NCBI RefSeq assembly: GCF_001194135.2
Contig: NC_068990.1
Location: 43,108,326 to 43,152,959, forward strand
Length of the DNA: 44,634 nucleotides
Direction: 5' to 3'
Source: Octopus bimaculoides
Taxonomy: Eukaryota
In this document: positions 23,850-36,445 of the stretch, piece after piece
Layout: every line of letters starts with the position of its first letter
Numbering within the stretch: position 1 is the stretch's first letter
Made by a program: the position numbers and the translations under genes
The notes under the pieces: model-generated
The model's database searches: none
What the model was told of the DNA's origin: nothing
What the model saw: the letters and a program-made list of their open reading frames with translations, nothing else

Positions 23850-24400
23850 GGCATTGTTGCATGTTATGTAATTTGTCCGCAAAATTACATTGTGATTTTA
23901 TCTCTCAGATAAACACGATGGAAGGAGATAAGTAATAGATAGGGTGGTTTTTTTTAAGGTAATAATTTCTTCTTCGAAGTTATACTTGGTTGAAAGAGTT
24001 GGGCTTCACTTTATACATCAGCAATTTAATTTATTTACTCATGCACATTTATTTATAAAGATAGCAAAACTAAAATCTAGATCTTCATGTCTGTGTATAA
24101 ATTGATTGAACTGCAAATACACACATCAACCAGTGTTGATGGATGATGCTAATGGCAGAGAAACCTTTGGTAGGAATATCTACATGAATTCAATCAGTTT
24201 GTAAGAAACATCACAGACACTAAATATATCCAATTCTTGAAAATGGTACTGTGAAGATCCAGAAACATTGGATATGTGTTTAGGAACGTTATTGTTTTAA
24301 ACCAACTATAAAAAGCTAATAAGAAAATATGAAAAATCTAATATAAAAATGATGAAGCTTGAAGCTAGTTATGTATTTAATAATTCAAGTATACGCATAT
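23850..24400 (+). pseudogene. Possible hAT-like transposase fossil
   Basis: Broken peptides LHEFNQFV / IYPILE / KWYCEDPETL..LGTLLF..YKKLIRKYEK loosely resemble the hAT central region. Confidence 0.25.
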
Positions 24401-25189
24401 ATGTATATAAATATTAAAAAGGATACAGGATGTTGAAATAAATTATTAATATTGCCAAATTGTATTAAATGTAACATGATATTGATTATAATATCAAAAT
24501 TATCCTAATAGTGTTATAGATTGACTTTCATCTTTCATGGTAACAGTCTGGGTGGAATTTCAGAATATCTGTTCAACATAAATTGGATTTTCTCCATTTT
24601 CGCCAGAATTTTTAAAATTTTGTTTTATGCCACACACTTCAAAATGATAAGTTAGAAAGCCTCTTATAAAAAAAAAATTTGTAATCCATAATTTTTTAAA
24701 TGTTGCCCCTCTCCCACCCCTATTCTTCCCATTGTACCTTCATAACAGCCATCACCATTAAAAAAAATTTTTCACCCTTTTGTTTTAATATTCTGTATAG
24801 TGAAACATAATCCAAAATTTTAGAGGAAAAAAAAAGTTTTTAATCAATGTATTTTAAACATTTGCCTCCCCACCCACATCGTGTCTTTGGAACAGCAACT
24901 ACCACTAAAATGTTTCTTTTTTTTTTATTATTTTTAATAATTTTATTTTATTCTACATTCTGAAACACTTAGAATATGCATTTAAAGCAAAACAAACAAA
25001 AATTCTTACTCTTATTTGATAGAACTTTTCAAAATTACAAAACAAATCAAGCACCACAAGTGGATATGGAAAAAACAAAATAAAAATTTTGAAAGAAGTG
25101 TCTATAAAGCAATAATTCCAGTCATTTAAAATGTAAATGTAGAAAATATTTTTAAATGACGGGAAGTATAAAGAGACCAAAAATATCTC

Positions 25190-25194
<5 letters not shown>

Positions 25195-25233
<39 letters not shown>
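25195..25233. repeat. (CT)n microsatellite
   Basis: Direct reading. Confidence 0.95.
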
Positions 25234-25237
<4 letters not shown>

Positions 25238-25428
25238 GATTGCCCCAGCAACAACTTGTCCAAAGTAAAACCTCATATTTCTGTTTGTTTTTGTCTTCTG
25301 TGGTAGATGAAAAAAATAGTATGTAAAATTAAATTTGATAAGAATTGTGTCAACAGTTAATGTAAATAAGGTAAGTCTTGTTTTTCTCATCATTTAATTT
25401 TTATGACATATAAAAAAAATGGTTTTGC

Positions 25429-25750
25429 NNNNNNNNNNNNNNNNNNNNNNNNNNNNNNNNNNNNNNNNNNNNNNNNNNNNNNNNNNNNNNNNNNNNNNNN
25501 NNNNNNNNNNNNNNNNNNNNNNNNNNNNNNNNNNNNNNNNNNNNNNNNNNNNNNNNNNNNNNNNNNNNNNNNNNNNNNNNNNNNNNNNNNNNNNNNNNNN
25601 NNNNNNNNNNNNNNNNNNNNNNNNNNNNNNNNNNNNNNNNNNNNNNNNNNNNNNNNNNNNNNNNNNNNNNNNNNNNNNNNNNNNNNNNNNNNNNNNNNNN
25701 NNNNNNNNNNNNNNNNNNNNNNNNNNNNNNNNNNNNNNNNNNNNNNNNNN
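25429..25750. other. Assembly gap (N run)
   Basis: Run of N. Confidence 1.
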
Positions 25751-25961
25751 AAACACAGACACAAGGGCACACATAGATATATACATATGAAAGACTGCTG
25801 CAATAAGTGTGTGAATTTGAGAGCGGAATATGTTGAATAAAATCAGAATTAACTGATCCTCCTGTATTTTCTTTTACCTTAGTCAAGGAACTTCTCAGGG
25901 ATGCCTCATATACATACATACATATGAGGCTTATATATACATATATATATATGTATGTATA

Positions 25962-27240
25962 TTGGGTCATCCCAGAAATAATGTGATTTTTTTCAAGTGC
26001 ATGAACTAAAAGTCGGAAGGGGACAGAATAAACTACCTGCATAAACTTTCTATAAATGAAGGTAGTAATCTTATCTTGTCCTTATTCTTAGTGCAAGTTT
26101 TGAAGAGTGCAGTTCGGTTTTAACAACAATTTTTTCAAAGCTATAATAAAAGTGACAAAGGAGCATATTCGGCATATTTTGCTTTATGAGTTCAATAAAG
26201 GCAACAATGCAACGGAAAGTGTGAAAAATATTCATGCAGTATATGGGGATTGGACAATAAGTATAAACCAGTGTCAATAGTAGTTCCAGAAGTTCCAAGC
26301 CGGAAACTACAGCCTAGAAGATGAGCCTCATCCTAGAAAATCTGTAGAGCTCAATGAGGATGTCCTGCAAACCCTGGTGGAACAAAATCCCATTATAACT
26401 TGAGGAACTAGCAGAGAATCTTGGATTAGATCATTCAATCATTCATCGACACCTGCGTACCATCAGAAAAGTCAGCAAATTAGGTCAATGGGTTCTTCAC
26501 AAACTTTCCCAGTTTAATTGTGTGCAGAGGGAATGTGTGCTTTTTCTTTGCTGTCACATCTCACGAATGAAGCTTTTTTGGACTGAATAGTGACTAGTGA
26601 CAAGAAATAGATTGTCTATAAAAATTCCAAGTGCTGAAGACAATGGGTAGGGAAAGGAGAAACACCAGTACCCCAGGCTAAAGTTTTTCATCCACATAAG
26701 GTATTGTTATCTGTTTGGTGGGATAGGAAAGGTTTGGTCCACTTTGAACTTTTAAACCCAAGCAAAACAATTACAAAGGAGACCCACTGCAAGCAGCTTG
26801 AGTGGCTTAAGTCAATGCTAGAAGAAAAACGACCATCTTTGGTTTCAAGACAAAAGGTGTACTCTCAACAGGATCATGCTCATTCGCATGCAATGAGGAT
26901 GACATTCCAAAGGCTGGAGCAGTTTGAATGGGAAGTGGTACCCCACCCACTATATTCACTGGACATTGCCCCCATCTGATTATCTTTTTTTCCACAATCT
27001 TCAAAATCATTTGGATGGAAAAATATGAATTCTGTAGACGAGGTTAGAATAGTACTAGCAGAGTATTTTTCATCACAGACAAGTGAATTTTGGAAAAGGG
27101 TCCTTGCAAGTCTACCAGATAGATGAAAGAGCATCGTAGAAAATGAAGGAGAGTATATTTTAGATTAAAAAATAACTTTATCTTAATTTTGCAAAATAAA
27201 AGAAGTATAAAAAAACCACATTATTTATGGGATGGCCTAG
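25962..27240 (+). mobile_element. Full-length decayed mariner (Tc1/mariner) transposon, about 1.28 kb
   Basis: TIRs ttgggtcatcccagaaataatgtgattttttt / aaaaaaaccacattatttatgggatggcctag with TA flanks. Transposase about 26146-27167: KEHIRHILLYEFNKG, LGQWV, VTSDKK*, SVWWDRKG, QDHA, HPLYSLDIAPSDY, EGEYILD; multiple stops and frameshifts. Confidence 0.95.
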
Positions 27241-27249
27241 TATATATGA

Positions 27250-27403
27250 CAAGCTTCTTTCAGTTTCTCTCCACCAAATCCACTCACAAAGCTTTGGTCA
27301 GCCAAGGCTATAGTAGAAGACACTTGTGCAAGGTGCCACACAGTGGGACTGAACCCAGAGCCATGTGGTCAGGAGGGTTCTTACCACACAAGCACACCTG
27401 CAC
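27250..27403 (-). mobile_element. tRNA-derived SINE 5' half
   Basis: Reverse complement of the 8906-family head. Confidence 0.8.
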
Positions 27404-28364
27404 CTAAATATTTAAAATGGTTCAGAATATGGAATATAATAACAAAAGGGGGAAAATGTTTTTAATGATGATGGGAGGGGGTAACATTTGGAAAAATATT
27501 ATGTATTTTGATGAATTTTAAAAACAAATTAAATTTTAGAAAAGGCCTCTTTCCTCTCCCCTTCCCATCACTTACGTGAGACAGTTATTTTGAAACTCCA
27601 ATAGGGTCGATCGATGAAATAAAGTACCAGTCAAGTACTCGGATTGAGATATATTGCTATAATACCTTCTATAAATAAATGGAATCATGATAGAAAATAT
27701 ATTCATTTATTCACTATTATACATTAAAAAAATGAAATGGCTTTGTAATTGTTATAAGAAATATAAGCATAAATTGAAAAGCAAATTTGAAAACATAATT
27801 TCAGGGTGAATAAATCAAAAGGCTGAAATGAAACTATTGAGAGAAACATACTTATATGAATTTGAAAAGCCAGAAAATCATTATTGTTGTGATGTAATGA
27901 TTGAAATTGTCAGTATAATGTGCCACATTTGGTTTCTTCTCTTTCGTCTGTGCCAACTGGTCAATAAAAGTGATTACCAGGAATATACAGATGATTACTC
28001 CATTCTTATATACATTTCTGGCTTTGTGCTTATGTCATAAATAATTATTATGGAAGTGATGGTGAGTGTCATTCTGAGATACTTCAGTTCTTGACAACCC
28101 AAATCTGTGACATAGTTTCCACTCTGGTTCAAACTGTTTCACATGAACACCATGATGTCATTGGAAATGGCATCGAATCTCAAGTACAGATGATCTGGTT
28201 GTAAACTTAACAGAAAGTACAAGCAGAAATCTCTGCAGCTGAATACATGAACATCATAAAACAATGATGCTTCAAATATGAATATTTAATAACTATTTTT
28301 ATTATTATTGAATATGTAATTGCATGAAACATATATTTAACAAAGGTAGTGTTAAAACAGACAG

Positions 28365-28463
28365 TGGGGCTTGGTGCAGTCTGCTGGCATGCCAACTCCT
28401 GTCAAGCCGTCCAACCCATACCAGCATGGAAAACAGACATTAAATGATGATGATGATGATGAT
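28365..28463 (+). mobile_element. RTE 3' tail fragment
   Basis: gtcaagccgtccaacccataccagcatggaaaacagacattaaat(gat)n. Confidence 0.8.
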
Positions 28464-28775
28464 GAGTTATATGCAAGATTTTTTTGCTTCATCGTCTGCA
28501 AATCCCTTGCTGATTCAACTAAGACTTTCATAATTTTGTGGACAACAAAATAAACACCAATCAAATTCTAGACTAGATTAAATCGACCTTAACAACTAAC
28601 ATTCCTAATGCCCCCAGCCTCCCTCCCCACCCTTGTCTGGGATTTTCTCAACCATCTGGGTTTATAGCTTGAATATAGTTTATGCTCTGGTATTTTATAT
28701 GCTTCAAATAAATTCTTCAAAATAACTTGTTTATGTGTTTTATATATGTATATTTATATACATATATATATATAA

Positions 28776-29078
28776 AGACCCCCTTCACTCATGTATCACA
28801 ATGGGATTGCACCTAGAAAGCTCCCCTCTGAGACACAAGTCAAGGCAGTTGCTCATGCATACCAGCCTTCCCTTACTATGCCACCGATGTTATCCAAAGG
28901 AAAGGCAAAGGCCAATATAGCTTGGCACCAGTAACATTGCAACGCATTACTACAGATGAATGAACTGGAGTAATGTGTTCTTATCCAAGAACACAACACG
29001 CAGCCCAGTCCAGGAACCAAACTCACTACCCCATGATTGTGAGCCCAACACTCTAACCACTGAGTCATGCACTTTCAT
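28776..29078 (-). mobile_element. tRNA-derived SINE (family of 39073-39427)
   Basis: Minus head gtgcatgactcagtggttagagtgttgggctcacaatcatg; tail ...gggattgcacctagaaag. Confidence 0.85.
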
Positions 29079-29104
29079 ATATATATATATATATATATAT
29101 TACA

Positions 29105-29368
29105 TACAAAAATAAGAGGAATGACCAGCAAAAGTGGACTCCTATATGCTAGAAATAGATGCCGAATCATCTAACCACGAAAAAAATATATGTTCGCAGT
29201 AAAAATTCAGCGACACAACAGATTGTAAAAGAGCAAGACAAATGAAAAAATACTAAATAAAAAAAAAAACGATTAACCTACGTACCATGGTTTCACCTGT
29301 TAAAATTTACATAAGAAAATATCTGCAGGATCGTCAGCATAGTCCGTCGATTAGCAATGCAATTTCCA
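29105..29368. repeat. Diverged member of the 3395-3658 repeat family
   Basis: 29134-29239 is colinear with 3553-3658 (gtggac..tgct.gaaatagat ... aaaattcagcg ... gcaagac), 106 nt in both. Confidence 0.6.
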
Positions 29369-30352
29369 NNNNNNNNNNNNNNNNNNNNNNNNNNNNNNNN
29401 NNNNNNNNNNNNNNNNNNNNNNNNNNNNNNNNNNNNNNNNNNNNNNNNNNNNNNNNNNNNNNNNNNNNNNNNNNNNNNNNNNNNNNNNNNNNNNNNNNNN
29501 NNNNNNNNNNNNNNNNNNNNNNNNNNNNNNNNNNNNNNNNNNNNNNNNNNNNNNNNNNNNNNNNNNNNNNNNNNNNNNNNNNNNNNNNNNNNNNNNNNNN
29601 NNNNNNNNNNNNNNNNNNNNNNNNNNNNNNNNNNNNNNNNNNNNNNNNNNNNNNNNNNNNNNNNNNNNNNNNNNNNNNNNNNNNNNNNNNNNNNNNNNNN
29701 NNNNNNNNNNNNNNNNNNNNNNNNNNNNNNNNNNNNNNNNNNNNNNNNNNNNNNNNNNNNNNNNNNNNNNNNNNNNNNNNNNNNNNNNNNNNNNNNNNNN
29801 NNNNNNNNNNNNNNNNNNNNNNNNNNNNNNNNNNNNNNNNNNNNNNNNNNNNNNNNNNNNNNNNNNNNNNNNNNNNNNNNNNNNNNNNNNNNNNNNNNNN
29901 NNNNNNNNNNNNNNNNNNNNNNNNNNNNNNNNNNNNNNNNNNNNNNNNNNNNNNNNNNNNNNNNNNNNNNNNNNNNNNNNNNNNNNNNNNNNNNNNNNNN
30001 NNNNNNNNNNNNNNNNNNNNNNNNNNNNNNNNNNNNNNNNNNNNNNNNNNNNNNNNNNNNNNNNNNNNNNNNNNNNNNNNNNNNNNNNNNNNNNNNNNNN
30101 NNNNNNNNNNNNNNNNNNNNNNNNNNNNNNNNNNNNNNNNNNNNNNNNNNNNNNNNNNNNNNNNNNNNNNNNNNNNNNNNNNNNNNNNNNNNNNNNNNNN
30201 NNNNNNNNNNNNNNNNNNNNNNNNNNNNNNNNNNNNNNNNNNNNNNNNNNNNNNNNNNNNNNNNNNNNNNNNNNNNNNNNNNNNNNNNNNNNNNNNNNNN
30301 NNNNNNNNNNNNNNNNNNNNNNNNNNNNNNNNNNNNNNNNNNNNNNNNNNNN
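29369..30352. other. Assembly gap (N run)
   Basis: Run of N. Confidence 1.
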
Positions 30353-30391
<39 letters not shown>

Positions 30392-30401
30392 AATAAATAA
30401 A

Positions 30402-30648
30402 CGTGCCTTTTAAAGCCTAGCCAGGCTCATGGGCCTGATTTCCCGATTTCAATGGCGTATGTGTTCCCCAGCTGGACGGGACGCCAGTCCATCACAGCGT
30501 TACTCATTTTTGCCAGCTGAGTGGACTGGAGCAACATGAAATGAAGTGTTTTGCTCAAGAACACAACGCGTTGCCTGGTCCAGGAATCGAAACCACAATC
30601 TTACGATCAGGGTGCTGACAACCTAACCACTAAGCCACGTGTCTCCAC
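30402..30648 (-). mobile_element. tRNA-derived SINE
   Basis: Minus head gtggagacacgtggcttagtggttagg ... ggtttcgattcctgg (A/B boxes); followed by (AAT)n at 30650-30700. Confidence 0.85.
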
Positions 30649-30701
<53 letters not shown>

Positions 30702-31005
30702 TATAAAACCAGTATAATAATACATCATGTGTGCTTGTATATTTATTTTCTCTCTTAACTTTTTAATATAATTAAACACTAGGGTTGGAGTAAAACAGAA
30801 GAGAGATCGAGTGTGATGAGGGAAAGTGAGAAATAGAGAAAGTGAAAGTGATGGAGAATAATGATTATATGAAATAAGAAGCGAGAAGGAAATAAAACAT
30901 TTACTTCCCAGTCTTTCTCTCCATCTTACTTCATATGATCAGATGGGGTGGGAGACAGCAAAAGAGATAGAGACAGAGGGGAGAGATCAGAAATTTAAGA
31001 AAAAA

Positions 31006-31377
31006 GGCGCGGGAGTGGCTGTGTGGTAAGTAGCTTGCTTACCAGCCACATGGTTCTGGGTTCAGTCCCACTGCGTGGCATCTTGGGCAAGTGTCTTCTA
31101 CTATAGCCTCGGGCCGACCAAAGCCTTGTGAGTGGATTCGGTAGACGGAAACTGTATGTATATGTATGTGTGTTTGTGTGTCTGTGTTTGTCCCCCCAAC
31201 ATCGCTTGACAACCGATGCTGGTGTGTTTACGTCCCCGTAACTTAGCAGTTCGGCAAACGATATCGATAGAATAAGTACTAGGCTTCCAAAGAATAAGTC
31301 CTGGGGTCGATTTGCTTGACTAAAGGCAGTGATCCAGCATGGTCGCAGTTAAATGACTGAAACAAGTAAAAGAGTAA
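31006..31377 (+). mobile_element. tRNA-derived SINE (family of 8906-9308)
   Basis: ggcgcgggagtggctgtgtggtaag ... gactgaaacaagtaaaagag. Confidence 0.9.
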
Positions 31378-31422
31378 GTGAAAGTGAGAATTAGATTTAA
31401 ACAAGGAAGGACAACGAGAGAA

Positions 31423-31425
<3 letters not shown>

Positions 31426-31508
<83 letters not shown>
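31426..31508. repeat. (AG)n microsatellite
   Basis: Direct reading. Confidence 0.95.
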
Positions 31509-31512
<4 letters not shown>

Positions 31513-31914
31513 AAGGAAGGAATAATTGGGCGATGTAACAACATTTTTGACATCACCCTCTTATCTTATTTTCTATCTCTATCTTTTTGAAGTGTATATT
31601 AGTGAATAAAATAATGTCATGATTAATTGAAAATCTCTATATTTCAGTATCCTTTTGGATAGCTTATTTAAAGTGAATTTAGTTCATATAACCAACTAAC
31701 TCTTTTTGAAGTGTGAATGTATAACAGACACATTTAAAACAACCTAATAATGAAAAGTACTTAAAACATCAATTCCACAGAGCACTATTTTCCATATTAC
31801 AGATTCACTTGAGTGTGTGTATGTGTGTACATGCGTGTGTGCACACATGTGTGTGTGTGTGTGCGTGTGTGTGTGTTCATGTGTGCATGTGTGTGTGTGT
31901 GTGTGTGTGTGTCT

Positions 31915-32400
31915 TTACCTTAGTTTCTCCAGCTTTCTATGGAACATCAGACAATGAGATCTCCATCCAGTACATGGTTACATGTCTTATAATGAGCTTG
32001 CTCCTTGGCCAGGCCCATACCTGCCAGGTCCTACTTCTCAATTCTCAACCAAGTCTTAACAAATCTACTTCTCCCCCTTTGTCCACCCCTTGTCACACAC
32101 ACACACACACGCGCACACACACACACTCTGGCTTCTATTCAAAAGAGGTTCTTACAGGTCTCTTTGTAAGGGTGTGGATCATGGCTAGACAACTTTTTCT
32201 GTCTCACAGTAATGTTATTTTGTAGGTTACTCAGTCTAGTTCTCGTCATGACTCCATCATTCATGATGTATTCATGCCATAAAATTCTTAGCATTGCTCT
32301 AAGGTAACATCTGTGTGCTTTTATAGTTTTCATTGATCTTATTCTATGTCTTGTAGGCATGATAATAGATTATGTATACTGTAGAGTTTAGTGCTTTGAG
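31915..32400 (-). mobile_element. Old RTE-clade LINE C-terminal fragment
   Basis: HRCYLRAMLRILWHEYIMNDGV..ITVRQKKLSSH resembles RCxRRILRIxWxExxxNxEV..RRLxWxGH; interrupted by (CA)n at about 32095-32127. Confidence 0.6.
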
Positions 32401-32519
32401 CAATATAAGCATATTGTACTACATTAGGTCTTTAGTGCCTAAGAAGCTTAGCCACTCTGGGACTTGTATATGAATGGTCCTATTTTTCCAGCTGTCATAA
32501 CCTTATTATGTTTGAATAA

Positions 32520-34300
32520 TATAATAATGAGTGGGGAAATGCAAACTCCTTCTGGAAAAAAAATAGGCAATGGAAGATGTTATTATTCAAAGAAGAAGGG
32601 TTGGCAACTCTGAGAAAGGCAAATAAATTCCTGCTATTGTGACAAAATTTCAATCAAACATAAGAAATACTTTGAGGTGGGTAAAACCAGATTTGATATT
32701 TCTCAATTCATAATAGAAAAAAATCAATGGAGAGTGAACAGACAACCAAAAGCGAACAGTTTATTGTTAGCTTTTTTGTTGAACATAGCACTCCAGCAAA
32801 TGTTTATCATCTTTTGAAGGTATGATACATAAGAAAGCATTTCTTGACATAGGATTGCTAAAAATTATCAATAAAAAGAACAAAACGGTTGTACATTATT
32901 CAAGATGAAACAGACTTTCATGGAAAAATAGTGATAACAGATATCTATTTTAAGACACAAATTTTCTATCACATTTGATGGAAGTACAGACACTTCTGTT
33001 TTCCCAAATTTTGGCTTTAGTTGTAAGATACTTTGACTTGAATTTTCAGAATGTCTTAGGCACTCACTTAGACACTGTAGTTGTTGAAAATAGAACAGTT
33101 CTTTGTCTTTATAATGCTGTCAAATATACCTTACATGAAAAAATAATTCCTGTAGCAATTATTATTGCATTCACAAGCAATAAATGTTCTTTCATGATGG
33201 GCACCAAAGTGGGTTCCTGAAATTATTACAAAGTGGTGTGCCATCTGTTTTTATCATAGGATGTTGGTTATTCAGTCTCTCTTCATATTGGCTAGGCTGT
33301 CAGCCTATTACCTTCATATTTAGGAGTTTCTTTTAAAGTATTTAACATCTTACTTTTCTCACAGTAACAAGAAACAAAAAGAGTTTGAGAGTATAGATTT
33401 ATTCCAGAAATTGTCATGACAACTTTCCATAAAAATACCCAAACTTGCACAAACAAGGTGACTTTCTTGAGAAACAATTATTACAGTGGTATCATAACAG
33501 TTTCATACTTTACTTCTTTATTTCATTTCTGAAGTGAATTGGAAGTCAACACAGTTGATGATGATAGAACTTATAAGGCATTAATGATTCAGAGAATTAA
33601 ACAGATGCTACCTTTCCTTCAGAATGTGCAAGTGTAGGTGTATTTACTGAATGTTAATTTGCAATCTGTGCATTGTCAGTGTGTAATGATAATCATTAGA
33701 ATGCCAACATTTCTTGAGTTTCTTTATTAAAGATGAATTACAGAAAGACATTAAATTATCAGTAATTGATCTCATCAATAAAACTAATTACAAAAACGTT
33801 AATGATGTTTACTTTGAAGGAAAGTCAACAGCACATTTAATTAGAGAATGATTTAACAATAAATCAGTGTGAAAAGTTTCAAAACTGATTGTTTGAAATT
33901 CCAAGTGGAACACTATATTCAAAGAAAAAGGATTCCTTACAATGCGAAGGAATTATTGCATATTTAAAGATATAAGACCTTCAAGGTAGCTTATGATATC
34001 AGCATATCTCCTACATTTATCATTCTACAAGAAGTTCATTTTCTCACTATTGTGCTAGAAAGCAGTCTGAATGGAGAAGTTATTTAACATCACACAATTT
34101 ACCAATCTCTAGAGAAAATATTTCTGAATACTAGTACAAGTTAAAAGACAGAAAAATAGACTTCACAATGTGTTTTGTAATTGAGTTTTATGGCTAGTTT
34201 AAATATCTAGGCACATTTCTCAGCATAAAGCATATTCTCTTTAATGAACTGTGTCAAAACAAGAAACACTAATTCTTTAAAATTAGAGAGACTATAAAAG
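32520..34300 (+). pseudogene. hAT-superfamily transposase fossil (near full length)
   Basis: FSITFDGSTDTSV (32962-33000, catalytic-D motif), QILALVVRYFD, LYNAVK..IP..IIAF..CSFMMG, GVPSVFIIGC, and C-terminal SIFSLMNCVKTRNTNSL (34229-34279, dimerisation motif); many stops and frameshifts. Confidence 0.8.
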
Positions 34301-34822
34301 ATAGAGTAATTGCAAAACAAACTATTAAAGAAATACAATGGAAATCAGTTTGTAGGAACCCAGAAAAGAAATAATTGGTTAAAGATTTAAAAACAACAAA
34401 CAGTAAATAATGAACTGTTTACTCTTTCAAGAGAAGTGAAGATGAGACAAAGAAACAATTTTGTGTTCTATATATAAATTTGAGTGGTGGGGGTGAGGAG
34501 TACTTGACCAAATGCTTTGCAGTGTTCATTTAAGTTACTTCACTTTCTGAGTTCAAATCCTGCTGGATTTAACATTTCATTTCATCCTTCCAAATTTGAT
34601 AAAACAGAAGTCAAATAATAGTCTCAGTTTAATTCAGCGATGGCAAGTGCTGGCTATAGAAGGGAAGGGTGGAGTTCCCTTACTTTTTAGCTTATGGTAG
34701 GATAGCTACTTATAAAGTTTAATCTCCCATACCTTCCCAACCTCAGTCTCAAATTCAAAGTTTCTCAAACTCATTTCCATTGCTGATTTACTTGCCTGTA
34801 TCCAACCACTAAATTTGTGGTC

Positions 34823-34824
<2 letters not shown>

Positions 34825-34901
<77 letters not shown>

Positions 34902-34920
34902 ATTATTATTATTATTATTA
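34825..34920. repeat. (TTA)n microsatellite
   Basis: Direct reading. Confidence 0.95.
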
Positions 34921-35081
34921 ATATAGCACTAAAGCAGATTAAATATTCCTCAGAATTTCGATTTTTGCTTCTATGTTCTGAGATCAAAATGAAACCAGGT
35001 TTGACTTTGTCTTTCATCCTTTTGGGATCAATAAAATAAGCAGCAGTCTTCTTGTATAAATTCATTTCACTATACCTAGAT

Positions 35082-35799
35082 NNNNNNNNNNNNNNNNNNN
35101 NNNNNNNNNNNNNNNNNNNNNNNNNNNNNNNNNNNNNNNNNNNNNNNNNNNNNNNNNNNNNNNNNNNNNNNNNNNNNNNNNNNNNNNNNNNNNNNNNNNN
35201 NNNNNNNNNNNNNNNNNNNNNNNNNNNNNNNNNNNNNNNNNNNNNNNNNNNNNNNNNNNNNNNNNNNNNNNNNNNNNNNNNNNNNNNNNNNNNNNNNNNN
35301 NNNNNNNNNNNNNNNNNNNNNNNNNNNNNNNNNNNNNNNNNNNNNNNNNNNNNNNNNNNNNNNNNNNNNNNNNNNNNNNNNNNNNNNNNNNNNNNNNNNN
35401 NNNNNNNNNNNNNNNNNNNNNNNNNNNNNNNNNNNNNNNNNNNNNNNNNNNNNNNNNNNNNNNNNNNNNNNNNNNNNNNNNNNNNNNNNNNNNNNNNNNN
35501 NNNNNNNNNNNNNNNNNNNNNNNNNNNNNNNNNNNNNNNNNNNNNNNNNNNNNNNNNNNNNNNNNNNNNNNNNNNNNNNNNNNNNNNNNNNNNNNNNNNN
35601 NNNNNNNNNNNNNNNNNNNNNNNNNNNNNNNNNNNNNNNNNNNNNNNNNNNNNNNNNNNNNNNNNNNNNNNNNNNNNNNNNNNNNNNNNNNNNNNNNNNN
35701 NNNNNNNNNNNNNNNNNNNNNNNNNNNNNNNNNNNNNNNNNNNNNNNNNNNNNNNNNNNNNNNNNNNNNNNNNNNNNNNNNNNNNNNNNNNNNNNNNNN
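35082..35799. other. Assembly gap (N run)
   Basis: Run of N. Confidence 1.
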
Positions 35800-35929
35800 A
35801 GGAAGGACATCCAGCTGTAGAAACTCTACCAAATCAGATTGGAGCCTGGTGTCGCCTCCTGGTCCACCAGTCCTCAGTCAAATCGTCCAACCTATGCTAG
35901 CATGGAAAGCGGACGTTAAACGACGACGA

Positions 35930-35931
<2 letters not shown>
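35800..35931 (+). mobile_element. RTE 3' tail
   Basis: ggaaggacatccagctgtag ... agcggacgttaaa(cga)n. Confidence 0.85.
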
Positions 35932-35975
<44 letters not shown>

Positions 35976-36445
35976 TGCTTAGTGTCAACTGTTGGAAGAA
36001 AGATTACTCAGTACCATACTAGAGACTAATGATATATGTTAGATTGGTTGTATTAGTCATTTACTCCTTTAAGTTTAGTCTATGGGTGCACAGGGTGGCC
36101 CAGATAAACTATGTATATATATATATGATATATGATGAAGTCATTTTTGTAGCAACGCTGACTACTTTTGGTTTAGTTTTGGATTTAGAATTATTATAAA
36201 ATATTCTTCTTTTGCTTTTCCTAGTTGATCACTTCCTTCCTTTATTTTCAAAATATTTCACTTTAATATGCAGATTCCTGGGCCTCCAATAGGTACAATT
36301 GTGGCAGTTTATTGAGCCATTTAATTTAAAAGTAATCTCATTACGCCAAACAATCTTTGTTGGAAAGTGTGCATCCTCCACACACACTCTGTCAAGTACC
36401 ATTCACCAAACTCCACTCATCAGTCTGAATCATCTTGATTTAGAG

